Shown here: positions 1 to 8,772 of the stretch, in pieces
Position numbering within the stretch: position 1 is the stretch's first letter
How the letters are laid out: each line of letters starts with the position of its first letter
Assembly (NCBI GenBank): GCA_035307985.1
Contig: DATGHM010000019.1
Location: 16,076 to 80,075 of the forward strand
DNA: 64,000 nucleotides
Direction: 5' to 3'
DNA from: Candidatus Acidiferrales bacterium
GTDB lineage: Bacteria > Acidobacteriota > Terriglobia > Acidiferrales > UBA7541
The notes under the pieces: generated by a model
Told to the model about the DNA's origin: nothing
What the model saw: only the letters and a program-made list of their open reading frames with translations
Database searches by the model: none
Translations under genes and position numbers: made by a program

Positions 1-1168
1 TGTCGGAGCGATCCAGCGCGGCGCGCAGGTCGGAAGATGAGAATGCAGGGCCCCAGTAAGCATGCTCCATCACAAATTGGCGCGGATGGTGCAGCTCTTG
101 ATGATAGACCGCGAATGCTGCGCCGACGGAGAGTCCGGCATCGCCCGCGGCCGGCTGGACAAAGACGCGCTCAAAGGGCGAGCGATCGAAAACCTTTCCG
201 TTTGCCAGGCAATTGAACGCGACGCCGCCCGCCAGGCAAAGCGCCTTCTGCTTCGTTTTGCGCGAAAGATCAGTCCACATCGAAGCCAAAACTTCTTCGA
301 GCGCGGCTTGCATGCTCGCGGCGAGATTGTAGTGACGCGGGCCGAGCGGCTCACCGTCCTTGCGAGCCGGGCCGAGGCGCTTTTCGAGATACGGCGAAAA
401 AAGCCGCCCGAGCACGGGCGTGCAGTCCGCATCGCGCCACGTCATTTCGGGGCCTTCCGATTGATGCGAAAAATATTCCAGGCCCAGGCGAAACGCGTTC
501 TTCGCATCCGCATGAACGATGCGCCGGAACTCGTCGAGGAATTCGGACTGGCCGTAAGCGGCGAGGCCCATCACTTTGTATTCGTCGCCAAATTTCCAGA
601 AGCCGAGGTATTGGGTCAGGGCGGTGTAAAACATGCCGAGCGAGTGCGGGAACGCGACCTCGCCCAGAGTTTGCATTTGCGGGCCGCGCCCGAGGGCCCA
701 CATGGCGCTGGCGAAATCTCCCAGGCCGTCGGCGGACAGGATAGCCGCCTCCTCGTAGGGCGACACGAAAAACGCGCTGGCCATGTGCGCCGTGTGGTGC
801 TCGATGCGATGAAACACCGCTCCGATTTTCTGCGGATCCAGCTCAAACGCTTGCGCGAGATCTTCGCGAATCCCGGAAAAGCGGCGCATGACACGAAAAC
901 GGTCGAAGGCGAAGCGGGGCATGCGTGCGGCAAACCGAAGCTTCGTGTCGATGCGGGCCCACGGATCGCGAGGGATGGCGATGCGATCGACATCCGTTAG
1001 CTTCGCGCCCGCAGCGTCCAGGCACCATTGGATCGCGCGGACGGGCAAGCCAGCCGCGTACTTGACGCGGTTCAGCCGCTCTTCCTCGACCGCGGCGATC
1101 AGGCGCCCGTCGACCGCGATCGCGGCGGATGCGTTCGCGTGATAGGCATTGATACCAAGGATGATCAT
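1..1168 (-). CDS. carbamoyltransferase (NodU/CmcH family), 3' end cut by window edge
   Basis: Own minus-strand translation from ATG at 1168 reads MIILGINAYHANASAAIAVDGRLIAAVEEERLNRVKYAAGLPVRAIQWCL... and stays open to position 1. It is absent from the ORF track because there is no stop inside the window. The + ORF 62..1000 is its Arg-rich antisense shadow. Confidence 0.85.
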   Translation of the reverse strand, partial: MIILGINAYHANASAAIAVDGRLIAAVEEERLNRVKYAAGLPVRAIQWCLDAAGAKLTDVDRIAIPRDPWARIDTKLRFAARMPRFAFDRFRVMRRFSGIREDLAQAFELDPQKIGAVFHRIEHHTAHMASAFFVSPYEEAAILSADGLGDFASAMWALGRGPQMQTLGEVAFPHSLGMFYTALTQYLGFWKFGDEYKVMGLAAYGQSEFLDEFRRIVHADAKNAFRLGLEYFSHQSEGPEMTWRDADCTPVLGRLFSPYLEKRLGPARKDGEPLGPRHYNLAASMQAALEEVLASMWTDLSRKTKQKALCLAGGVAFNCLANGKVFDRSPFERVFVQPAAGDAGLSVGAAFAVYHQELHHPRQFVMEHAYWGPAFSSSDLRAALDRSD

Positions 1169-1217
1169 CGGGCTCCGACCCTCGCGACGCGCACGATTCG
1201 ATTATGCCGCGATTCGA

Positions 1218-3182
1218 TCATGCGACGCTAACCGGTGCCGTGCCACGGCGCTCGCCGGCGACAGGAGAATGCGCGCGGACGTTTCGTTTCGTCCATTCAT
1301 TCAGGACGAACAGGCTCCACGGGCGTGACCACGTCGTTCGGCCTTCGCGAAAATCGGCCCAAACCGCCCGCGCGAAACGGGAATCGACGTGGCGCTCCAG
1401 GGCCGGTGACCAGTCGTCGAAACTGGCCGAGACGCGCTCGCCCAGTTTGCCGCGCAGCCACACGTTCCACGGAAACGTGAACGTGCGCTTCTTCTGCGCG
1501 ACGATTTCCGCGGGCAGCAAATCCCCGACGGCTTCGATCAGCAACGATTTTGGCCGCTTCGGCTCATACTTCGCCGATTCGGGAAGAGAGAGCACGAATT
1601 CCACGAGTGGCGCGTCCAGGAAAGGCACACGGACTTCAAGCGAGTGACACATGCTCATCACGTCTGTGTCGCGGAGGAGCGTGTTCAGCAGATACGACCG
1701 CAGCTCGAGCCAGGAAACGGCCGTGAACGAATCCATCGAGCGCGTTTGCCGAGCCGCGGACGCCAGCCAACGCGACCATCGCGCCGACTCCCGGCAGAAA
1801 GCGTCGCTCCGCAGCGCGGAGGCAACCGCTTGCGGTGTGAACAGCAAGCGCGTGAAGAAATAAGGATGTGGCAGAAGGTCCGGCTCGAGGATGCCGGCTG
1901 ACGCTTTGCGCAGGACGTCCGCGGAACCGCGGGAAAGCTTCGAATTAGCAATTCGGGCGGCGGCGAACGACCGCAGTCGCTTCGGCAGAATGCGAGCGCC
2001 GCTTGAGAGGCGCGCCATCTGCCGCGTCGATCGAAAGCTCGGGTAGCCGCCGAAGAGTTCGTCGCTGCCGAGGCCTGAGAGGGCGACCTTCAGTCCGGCT
2101 TGCCTCGCGGCCCAGGAAACAAAATACGTGTTCACACCGTCGGCCGTCGGCTGATCGAAGGCGGCGATTGCCTGTTCGAGGCGCGACAGCAGTTCGTCGC
2201 CGGAAATCGACACTTCGCGGTGATTCGTCCCGAGCGCCTTTGCGGTCCGGCGCGCGATCGCGGCCTCGTTGAATTCGGTTTCGGGGAACGCAACGGTGAA
2301 CGTGTGGATGCCGGTCTGGATGCGGCTGGCGAGCGCGGCGATCGTCGTCGAATCGATGCCGCTGCTTAGGAATACGCCCACGGGAACGTCCGCCACCAGG
2401 TGCGTCTCGACGGCCTTCTCCAGGAGGCCACGAACGCATTTCGACGGACTGCTGTTGCCCTGCGGCGTGAACTCAGGGACGTCTTCCGCATCCCAGTACG
2501 GTTTCGGTTCAACTGCGCGCGCGGGCTCGTCTGGACTCACCGACAGAGAATGGCCCGGTGGCAGGGAGAGTACGCCATCGAGAATGCTGGACGGCTCCGC
2601 CACGGAGCCAAACAGGAGATAGGATGCGACCGCATCCCTCGAAAGCGCCGGCTCGATGAGGGCGCTTGAAACCAGCGCCTTCACCTCCGACGCAAAACAG
2701 AAATTGCCGTTCGCAAGAGCATAGTAGAGCGGCTTGATTCCGAAACGGTCCCGAGCAAGAAAGACTTTTGCCGCGCGTCCGTTGCGCCCGTCTGGCAATT
2801 CCACCACCGCAAACGCAAACATGCCCTGCAAGCGCCGAACGCAGCCGTCTCCCCAGGCTTCGTAGGCGTGAACGATCGCTTCCGTATCGGAACGCGTACG
2901 AAAGCGGTGGCCGAGATCCTCCAGTTCGCTTCGCAAGGCGCGGAAATTGTAGATTTCGCCGTTGAACACCACGGCCACTGTGCCAGCCTCGTTCCACACG
3001 GGCTGGCTTCCGCCGGGAAGATCGATAATGCTCAGGCGCCGCGCGCCAACCGCGGCTCGCGGCGCGACCAGAATCCCTTCCTCGTCCGGCCCGCGATGGA
3101 CGATCGATCCCAGCATCGCGCGGAGAATGCCTTCGCCGGCTTCCTTGGATTCGATCCCGATAATGCCGCAGATTCCGCACAT
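1218..3182 (-). CDS. asnB: asparagine synthase (glutamine-hydrolysing), AsnB-type amidotransferase
   Basis: 654-aa track ORF with the MCGICG N-terminal nucleophile, HRGPD, and PP-loop 'FLSSGIDST'. Confidence 0.9.
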   Translation of the reverse strand: MCGICGIIGIESKEAGEGILRAMLGSIVHRGPDEEGILVAPRAAVGARRLSIIDLPGGSQPVWNEAGTVAVVFNGEIYNFRALRSELEDLGHRFRTRSDTEAIVHAYEAWGDGCVRRLQGMFAFAVVELPDGRNGRAAKVFLARDRFGIKPLYYALANGNFCFASEVKALVSSALIEPALSRDAVASYLLFGSVAEPSSILDGVLSLPPGHSLSVSPDEPARAVEPKPYWDAEDVPEFTPQGNSSPSKCVRGLLEKAVETHLVADVPVGVFLSSGIDSTTIAALASRIQTGIHTFTVAFPETEFNEAAIARRTAKALGTNHREVSISGDELLSRLEQAIAAFDQPTADGVNTYFVSWAARQAGLKVALSGLGSDELFGGYPSFRSTRQMARLSSGARILPKRLRSFAAARIANSKLSRGSADVLRKASAGILEPDLLPHPYFFTRLLFTPQAVASALRSDAFCRESARWSRWLASAARQTRSMDSFTAVSWLELRSYLLNTLLRDTDVMSMCHSLEVRVPFLDAPLVEFVLSLPESAKYEPKRPKSLLIEAVGDLLPAEIVAQKKRTFTFPWNVWLRGKLGERVSASFDDWSPALERHVDSRFARAVWADFREGRTTWSRPWSLFVLNEWTKRNVRAHSPVAGERRGTAPVSVA

Positions 3183-3186
3183 AATC

Positions 3187-4146
3187 TTAACTCGCCGGAT
3201 CGACGAACGCCCGGTACGCGCGCTGAAGCCGCATAGGCACGGGAATCAAATCGATGTGCAGACGCTTCCTTCCGTACCATCGAAGCGAAAAGCGCACCAC
3301 GATCAGGCAGAGCACGCCCAAAATCGCCGCGATCATGCCCGCCAGTTCTCTGCGCTCCATCACCAGACTGATCGCAGCGGAGTCTTCCCACCCGGGCGCC
3401 ATGAAGTTGAGCGTTTTTCCAGCCAGGGTTCCGACAAACCTCAGCCCCGCGAGACGGATATGCACCGTGCGCTCAAAGCTGTAGCTCGGATCGTAATGCG
3501 GGATGTTTCGGGTAGCGGCGGCAAAGACAGCGGGATCGGCGAGTTCCCTTCGTGTGAGTGTCTGGCCATCCGCACCGCGGAGGATGACACGGAATGCCGG
3601 GTCCACCACAATCCACCGGCCGTTCACGAATACTTCGGCGTCCACATGCTTGGTGCTGTGATTCGTATCCAGCAGCAAGAGCCGCCGGGTGCGCAGATCG
3701 CTCGTGTCGGCGAGGTTAATGAACGCATTCGTCGCGGTCCCGCAGACTTCCAGCAGAGATTTATAGTTCAGCGTGTCGAGCGGATCGCGATCGTCCGGCG
3801 TCCCGACGATACCCCCCGAAAAGCGAGCGGGCGGATGCGCCATCCAGTCGAGAATGGCCTGAATCTTCTGTTCGGGAGAACCGGACACCGGCACGATCGC
3901 GTCCGAAAATGCATCCACGTAGCGGTGCGTCGAGTATGCCCATAGCGCCGTCCAGGCGGCCACTCCCATAGCGATCAATGAAAGCCAATTCACCAGAACC
4001 AGCGTCAGCCGGAACAAGCGGTGATCTCGTGCGGCAGTGCGTTCATCTGGCAGGCGATCCGGGTTGGACGGCGAGGCCGGACGAAGAGTGGCCGTGCCAG
4101 CCCGAGCGCCCGATGATTGCTCTCCGCTGGCCTGTCCTTTGGTCAC
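3187..4146 (-). CDS. transglutaminase-like membrane protein
   Basis: 319-aa ORF with a 4-nt gap to asnB. TM helix LVLVNWLSLIAMGVAAWTALWA. The Cys/His/Asp layout CGTATNAF...HVDAEV...VVDP is as in the transglutaminase-like cysteine protease fold. Confidence 0.6.
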   Translation of the reverse strand: MTKGQASGEQSSGARAGTATLRPASPSNPDRLPDERTAARDHRLFRLTLVLVNWLSLIAMGVAAWTALWAYSTHRYVDAFSDAIVPVSGSPEQKIQAILDWMAHPPARFSGGIVGTPDDRDPLDTLNYKSLLEVCGTATNAFINLADTSDLRTRRLLLLDTNHSTKHVDAEVFVNGRWIVVDPAFRVILRGADGQTLTRRELADPAVFAAATRNIPHYDPSYSFERTVHIRLAGLRFVGTLAGKTLNFMAPGWEDSAAISLVMERRELAGMIAAILGVLCLIVVRFSLRWYGRKRLHIDLIPVPMRLQRAYRAFVDPAS

Positions 4147-4222
4147 CGGACGTTTGGCCCCGGCCTAACGGTCGCTCTTTCGAAAATCCGGCTCATGGCT
4201 TCGATTCGCGGCATGTCCGGGC

Positions 4223-5434
4223 TCACGCAACCACCTGCTGTCGCACGGGAACCGCAAGGCACCGCTGATACAGCCGCTCGCATTCGTCGAGCGGCATGTC
4301 CCAGGAAAGCTGCTGCGCCGCCTCCGCACAGCCCCTGCGGCATTGCTCGGCGAACTCCGTGTCATCCAGGATGCGGCCAAGCGCTCGCGCAATTTGAGTT
4401 CGATCCAGCGGCACGATCAGCCCGGCGCGCTCCAGAAACAGCGCGACGCCGCAACGGTCGGTGACGATCACCGGCGTGCCGCAGGCCGCCGACTCCGCCG
4501 CGGTGTTTCCAAAATTCTCGTTCTCCGACGGCAGAACGAAAACGTCCGCGTCGCGATACGCTTGCCATTTTTCCCCTGCGAAGAGCGGACCGGGGAAAAT
4601 GACTTGTTCCGAAACGCCGAGCGACTGCGCAAGCGATTTCAAGGAAGCGATGTAACGATCTTCTTCGGCAGGCCCCGCAATCGCGAGGATGGAGCCGCGT
4701 CCGTTCGGGCTCGTCGCTCTCCAGCCTGCAAAAGCCTGAATCAGCAGATCGGGCCGCTTTTTGGAAACAACGCGGCCGAGAAAAAGAATCAGTTTCGCTT
4801 CCGCGGGCACGTTCCAATGGTCGCGGAATTCTCCGCGTGTGGGCGCAATTTCAGGAGTCTCGATTCCGTTCCGGCGAATTTCGATGCGGCTCGCGTCCAC
4901 GCCTGCTTCCACCAGCTCCCGACGTTCCTGCTCGGACGTGGCGATTACGAATCGAGCCCCGGCCACCAGGCGCTTGCCGAACAGCCCGCGATGCAATTTC
5001 TTCAGCGCGATGTTGCGGACGATGGGACGGTACATGCCCATGGGCTCGACGACGTAGGGGATCCCGTTGCGACGGCAGAATTGGCCGGCTGCCGGGCCGA
5101 GCAAATCGTACAAACCGTAAACGTGAACCAGGTCGAAGCGGCCGACGGATACCCCGCAAAATCGTACCACATGCCGGTTCACCGTGAGGGCGCGATAACG
5201 CGCCAGCGTGGGAACGTAAATCGTCTCCACGCCGGGCTCCGCGTATCGCCAGCCCCATTCGCACGCCTCGAACACTCCCTTGGAATTGTGGGCGCGGATT
5301 CCCAGATCGGCCGTCAGGATCGTCACCCGGTGGCCGCGCCGCGCGAGCCCGCGCGCGATAGCTCGCACCTTGAAAACGGTGCCGCCGCGTTCTTCGAACG
5401 GAAAGTAGGACTGGACTGTTTTCAGGATGCGCAT
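4223..5434 (-). CDS. glycosyltransferase family 4 (GT-B fold)
   Basis: 403-aa ORF with N-terminal GGTVFKVRAIARGLARRGHRVTILT and C-terminal LPSENENFGNTAAESAACGTPVIV (E-x7-E-like motif). Confidence 0.85.
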   Translation of the reverse strand: MRILKTVQSYFPFEERGGTVFKVRAIARGLARRGHRVTILTADLGIRAHNSKGVFEACEWGWRYAEPGVETIYVPTLARYRALTVNRHVVRFCGVSVGRFDLVHVYGLYDLLGPAAGQFCRRNGIPYVVEPMGMYRPIVRNIALKKLHRGLFGKRLVAGARFVIATSEQERRELVEAGVDASRIEIRRNGIETPEIAPTRGEFRDHWNVPAEAKLILFLGRVVSKKRPDLLIQAFAGWRATSPNGRGSILAIAGPAEEDRYIASLKSLAQSLGVSEQVIFPGPLFAGEKWQAYRDADVFVLPSENENFGNTAAESAACGTPVIVTDRCGVALFLERAGLIVPLDRTQIARALGRILDDTEFAEQCRRGCAEAAQQLSWDMPLDECERLYQRCLAVPVRQQVVA

Positions 5435-5635
5435 TCGCAGTGGGATCGCGCGACGGAAAAACAGGCCTCTCTCTTCGAATCGCGCGCTGGGAGTGCCTTC
5501 ATCGAGAGAAGCAGAGGAAGGATACTACCGATTTCATTCCGGGGCCAGCGCTGCCGGCGCGCCACCGATTTGAAAATTCGGCGCCGGCGTGGGAAGATTT
5601 TTCCGTGCGCATTTGAGGAGATCGCGCGGAAAAGC

Positions 5636-6064
5636 ATGGATTCCCATCCACCGAACAAGAAGCGCACTCTGATCGTCGTCGCGCTGTCTCTTATTTTCGT
5701 TATCGCGCTGATAGTCGCGTTCGATTCGCTGACGGGATGGAGCGCCCCGTCGTCGGCGCGGAAAATGAAGAATCCGGTTCCGGCTACAGAGTCGGCCATC
5801 GACGATGGCATGTTCAACTACTCGAAGCACTGCAAAAGCTGCCACGGCGTAAATGGCGACGGAAACGGCGACCGCGCCAGCCAGCTTTCTGCGGAGCCGT
5901 CGGATTTTACAGACGCGCGCGAGATGAGCCGCGTGACCGATGGCGAGCTGTTCTGGAAAATCACGCACGGCCACCGTCCCATGCCCGCATTCCAAAACAA
6001 GTTGACCGATGCGGAGCGCTGGGAAGTCGTCGACTACATTCGTACGTTTGCCAAAAAGCCCTAG
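5636..6064 (+). CDS. membrane-anchored monohaem cytochrome c
   Basis: Last 142 aa of track ORF 4343..6064, whose upstream part is antisense to the GT4 gene. ATG at 5636, TM helix TLIVVALSLIFVIALIVAF, haem motif CKSCH, distal RPMPAF. Confidence 0.8.
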   Translation: MDSHPPNKKRTLIVVALSLIFVIALIVAFDSLTGWSAPSSARKMKNPVPATESAIDDGMFNYSKHCKSCHGVNGDGNGDRASQLSAEPSDFTDAREMSRVTDGELFWKITHGHRPMPAFQNKLTDAERWEVVDYIRTFAKKP

Positions 6065-6175
6065 CCAAGCGGGCTGGCGCCGCACCCTCTCTCGCGCGAA
6101 TCCCCGAAAATGAGCCGCCTAATTTTCGCGCCTTTCTCGGGGCCGCGGGCGCGAGCATTTTAGACGGGCCGCGCT

Positions 6176-6634
6176 CTAATGCACCTTTGCCAACACGTCC
6201 GCCACTTCCTTGATGTCCGGCACCGTCGGAATATCGTAATTCTTGAACCAGGCCACCTTTCCCGAGCTGTCGATAATCCCGATCGCGCGCCCCGTGATTC
6301 CCTTATCCGCGAGATACACTCCGAATTTTTCTCCAACCGCCCCGCGCGGCTGAAAATCGGCAAGCAGCGGATAGTGGATCCCCATTTTTTCCGCGAACGC
6401 CTTGTGCGACCATGCGCTGTCGACGCTGATCCCCAGAACCTGCGCGTTCAGTTGCTCGAATCGCCTCATGTCGTTGACCAGGCAGGCGTGCTCGTTCGTG
6501 CAAACGGGACTCCAGTCCAGCGGGTAGAAGACGAGGACAACATTCTTCCCTTTGTAATCGGAGAGCTTCACTTCCTTCTGGTTCTGATCCTTCAGCGTGA
6601 ATTCGGGAGCCGGCGCTCCAACTGAAATGGCCAT
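6176..6634 (-). CDS. peroxiredoxin (AhpC/TSA/Bcp-type)
   Basis: MAISVGAPAPEFTLKDQ...VLVFYPLDWSPVCTNE. The internal ATG at 6634 is preceded by AGGAGG; the track ORF start at 6709 lacks an RBS. Confidence 0.85.
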   Translation of the reverse strand: MAISVGAPAPEFTLKDQNQKEVKLSDYKGKNVVLVFYPLDWSPVCTNEHACLVNDMRRFEQLNAQVLGISVDSAWSHKAFAEKMGIHYPLLADFQPRGAVGEKFGVYLADKGITGRAIGIIDSSGKVAWFKNYDIPTVPDIKEVADVLAKVH

Positions 6635-6881
6635 TCTGGATTCCTCCTGTGATTGCGTATCGAATTGCGACGTCTGGCGCGTGAACTCGGCATAAAACGC
6701 GAGCCGCAATCCATCATAGCCGAACGGCGCGCGGTCACGGAAGCTGCGATTCTGCTTGCACGTCGCAGCGCTGGTGTTTGTACAATCCGCTTGCCCGGCC
6801 GACGGGAGTGAGAGACTTTCGAATCTGCTCCCTTTTCGAATCTGCTAGGATACAAATAGGAAGCCGGAGCCGGAGAGAGAA

Positions 6882-7547
6882 TTGTCGATCGCACAACGCA
6901 CTCGAAACGGCGCGCTCGGAATGACCGCCGCAAAGCTTTCCTGCGAAGCCGCGTATCCGGGCATCGAATTTTCGCCGGGCAGCCGCGGTTTGCTTGCGTG
7001 GCTGAAGGACCGGCCGCCGGAGTGCGTTCACCTGAAGCGCAACGCGCTGTGGGTCGCCACGCTGGTCCCGGACACGTTGTATGTGCGAGGGAAACGCTCG
7101 CCGACGCGCGACTCATTGCGCCCGGAAGTCTCGCTCTGCCGGGACTGCTTCGTCGGGACCGTGGAAGGCGAATTTGCGGCGTACCCGGGAAACGTGGTGG
7201 CGTTCGAGCCGGACCCCGAAGTCTTCTCGCAATATTTTTTCGTTGGCGCTCCGGATTTCGAGCGGGCCGGGCTGCAGCCGGAAGTTGCGCGCGCCATCGA
7301 GCGTCGCTTGCGGCAGCGCGGCGAGACGTGCTCGGTCTGCGATCGAAGCGCAACATGGCTGTGGCTCTCGCGCGAGCAGGTGGCCGGCCTGGATGAGACG
7401 CAACGAATCGGCGAAGCGCCCGGCGAATGGTTTTGCGCCGCGCACGGCGCGCAGACACTGTGCCGCGCGTTTGCCGGAATTCCGGAAGCGAATGTTTTCT
7501 ACATGAATCTTCCGTACGGGGAAGCGGGCGCCTATGTCTGGATCTAA
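6882..7547 (+). CDS. hypothetical Cys-rich protein
   Basis: 221-aa ORF (TTG start, GGAGAGAGA upstream) with protein-like composition and the motifs CRDCF, CSVCDRS and FCAAHG. The overlapping 338-aa minus ORF is Arg-rich junk. Confidence 0.5.
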   Translation: MSIAQRTRNGALGMTAAKLSCEAAYPGIEFSPGSRGLLAWLKDRPPECVHLKRNALWVATLVPDTLYVRGKRSPTRDSLRPEVSLCRDCFVGTVEGEFAAYPGNVVAFEPDPEVFSQYFFVGAPDFERAGLQPEVARAIERRLRQRGETCSVCDRSATWLWLSREQVAGLDETQRIGEAPGEWFCAAHGAQTLCRAFAGIPEANVFYMNLPYGEAGAYVWI

Positions 7548-7588
7548 GCGATCGGCTCTCCGGCAATCCGGTTCTCACGGCGCTATCC

Positions 7589-7665
7589 GTCATCCTGAGC
7601 GAAGTCACGCGCCTTTCGCATTTCCCGCGCGCAACGCGGACGTGGGACGCAGTCGAAGGATCGCT
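7589..7665. repeat. GTCATCCTGAGCGAAG...CAGTCGAAGGATC type intergenic element
   Basis: The sequence gtcatcctgagcgaagtcacgcg...gcagtcgaaggatcgc lies just after the 6882..7547 stop. It shares the GTCATYCYG terminus with the element at 54962..55098. Confidence 0.3.
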
Positions 7666-7718
7666 CTTAGTTCTCTGCCGCGCATTGTGGTTCTTTCAGT
7701 TGCCGCCCTTTTGCCTGG

Positions 7719-7976
7719 ATGCGACCGATGACGGTGCAACTCCAGGAAGTGCTGGAGAAATATCTGGCGGCCAGCGGCGGCTACGACCAAGAAGTTGCCA
7801 TCTCGGCACTCGGATTCTCGCGCGAGGAAGTGGAAGACGTCTTCAGCGCCTTCGACGAGGACTACCACATCGGCCGCTTCTTCCATTTCCGCCAGGCCGA
7901 CGGCGAAAGCTACGCCATCGACGGCTTCCCCCAAACCCACGTTACCATCGACCCCGACATCCAATCCATCCTCTGA
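7719..7976 (+). CDS. hypothetical small acidic protein
   Basis: 85-aa ORF with protein-like composition, followed by a clean terminator. Confidence 0.45.
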   Translation: MRPMTVQLQEVLEKYLAASGGYDQEVAISALGFSREEVEDVFSAFDEDYHIGRFFHFRQADGESYAIDGFPQTHVTIDPDIQSIL

Positions 7977-8040
7977 GGCAGTGGCTAGCGGCGAGTGGCG
8001 AGCATCCGTGATTCGTGACCCTGGACTCGTGATTTGCGTG

Positions 8041-8068
8041 GCACAGCCGCCTCGGCTGTGCGCTTTTT
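8041..8068 (+). terminator. rho-independent terminator
   Basis: GCACAGCCG-cct-CGGCTGTGC (9-bp perfect stem) followed by GCTTTTT. Confidence 0.6.
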
Positions 8069-8115
8069 CCGAATTGTGATCAGGCTATCGATAAGCCTCC
8101 TTGCGTGAAACCCCT

Positions 8116-8350
8116 GGAAAGTGTATCGAGAAGTTTTTTGTCATGTGACTGACTTGGTTGGAGTTAAGCTCATTTTTTTCTCAACACGTGTATCGAGAAG
8201 TTGCGCGGGATGACGATCCCCGCCCCGACCCTGCTCCGCTCGGGACGAACATCCTGCCGGATGCTCGAAAGTGTATCGATCAATTTTGCCAGTTTTGTTG
8301 AGGGCGTTGGATTTACGGCATTTTTTGTTCGACACGTGTATCGATTAATC
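8116..8350. repeat. array of four GTGTATCGA boxes in two ~85-bp units
   Basis: Boxes at 8121, 8188, 8271 and 8336. Each unit reads GAAAGTGTATCGA...T-run...ACACGTGTATCGA. In-unit box spacing is 67 and 65 bp and the unit offset is 150 bp. A related TATCGATA palindrome sits at 8086-8093. Confidence 0.6.
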
Positions 8351-8409
8351 TCGCATCCGTCGCTCGCGGCCGGCGTGCTCCGCGTCTGCTCGTCCGTCTG
8401 CTTCGCGTT

Positions 8410-8621
8410 GTCGGTTTCAGCGCGCATAGAAACGAGCAACGCTAGCACGGAATGGGCGCGGGGCGCGAGATTACGAAAATACCTAGGGCGATAGAGACAT
8501 TTGTCTCTGGACGAAAGTCACTGTGGACGGTGCGACCATTTCAAGGGCTCATTCGCAGGACGCTGGTCGTCAGGTCGGCGGTTTCAGGGCGTATAAAAAC
8601 GGCGCGCGTTAGCACGAGAAT
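8410..8621. repeat. pair of ~45-nt direct repeats (GGTTTCAG...TAGCACG)
   Basis: 8410-8453 gtcggtttcagcgcgcatagaaacgagcaacgctagcacggaat versus 8574-8621 gtcggcggtttcagggcgtataaaaacggcgcgcgttagcacgagaat. Confidence 0.45.
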
Positions 8622-8772
8622 TAACTAAATTGGTGGATTCAAAATCCATGCAGTAGTACTACAACCGAGCGAGTGTCCTACAAAAAGACAGCTTTTCGAC
8701 GTCGATATGCCAAAAGTTGCTGTTGAGGGTCGGGGAAGCTATAATCCGCCATCCCGTGTGCCCGGAGTCCTA

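Noticed and set aside
4343-5635. Upstream 430 codons of the 573-aa ORF 4343..6064
   Set aside because: This part is antisense to the GT4 glycosyltransferase and reads as junk. Only the last 142 codons (from ATG 5636) form the cytochrome c.
6592-7608. 338-aa minus-strand ORF
   Set aside because: It is extremely Arg-rich (RRARRKTIRRALRR...). The + strand ORF 6882..7547 has normal composition.
8141-8494. Small ORFs (64, 92 and 97 aa) inside the AT-rich block upstream of the orphan gene
   Set aside because: They have no RBS, mutually overlapping frames, odd composition, and are built across the repeat boxes. I treat the region as non-coding, though a micro-ORF cannot be excluded.
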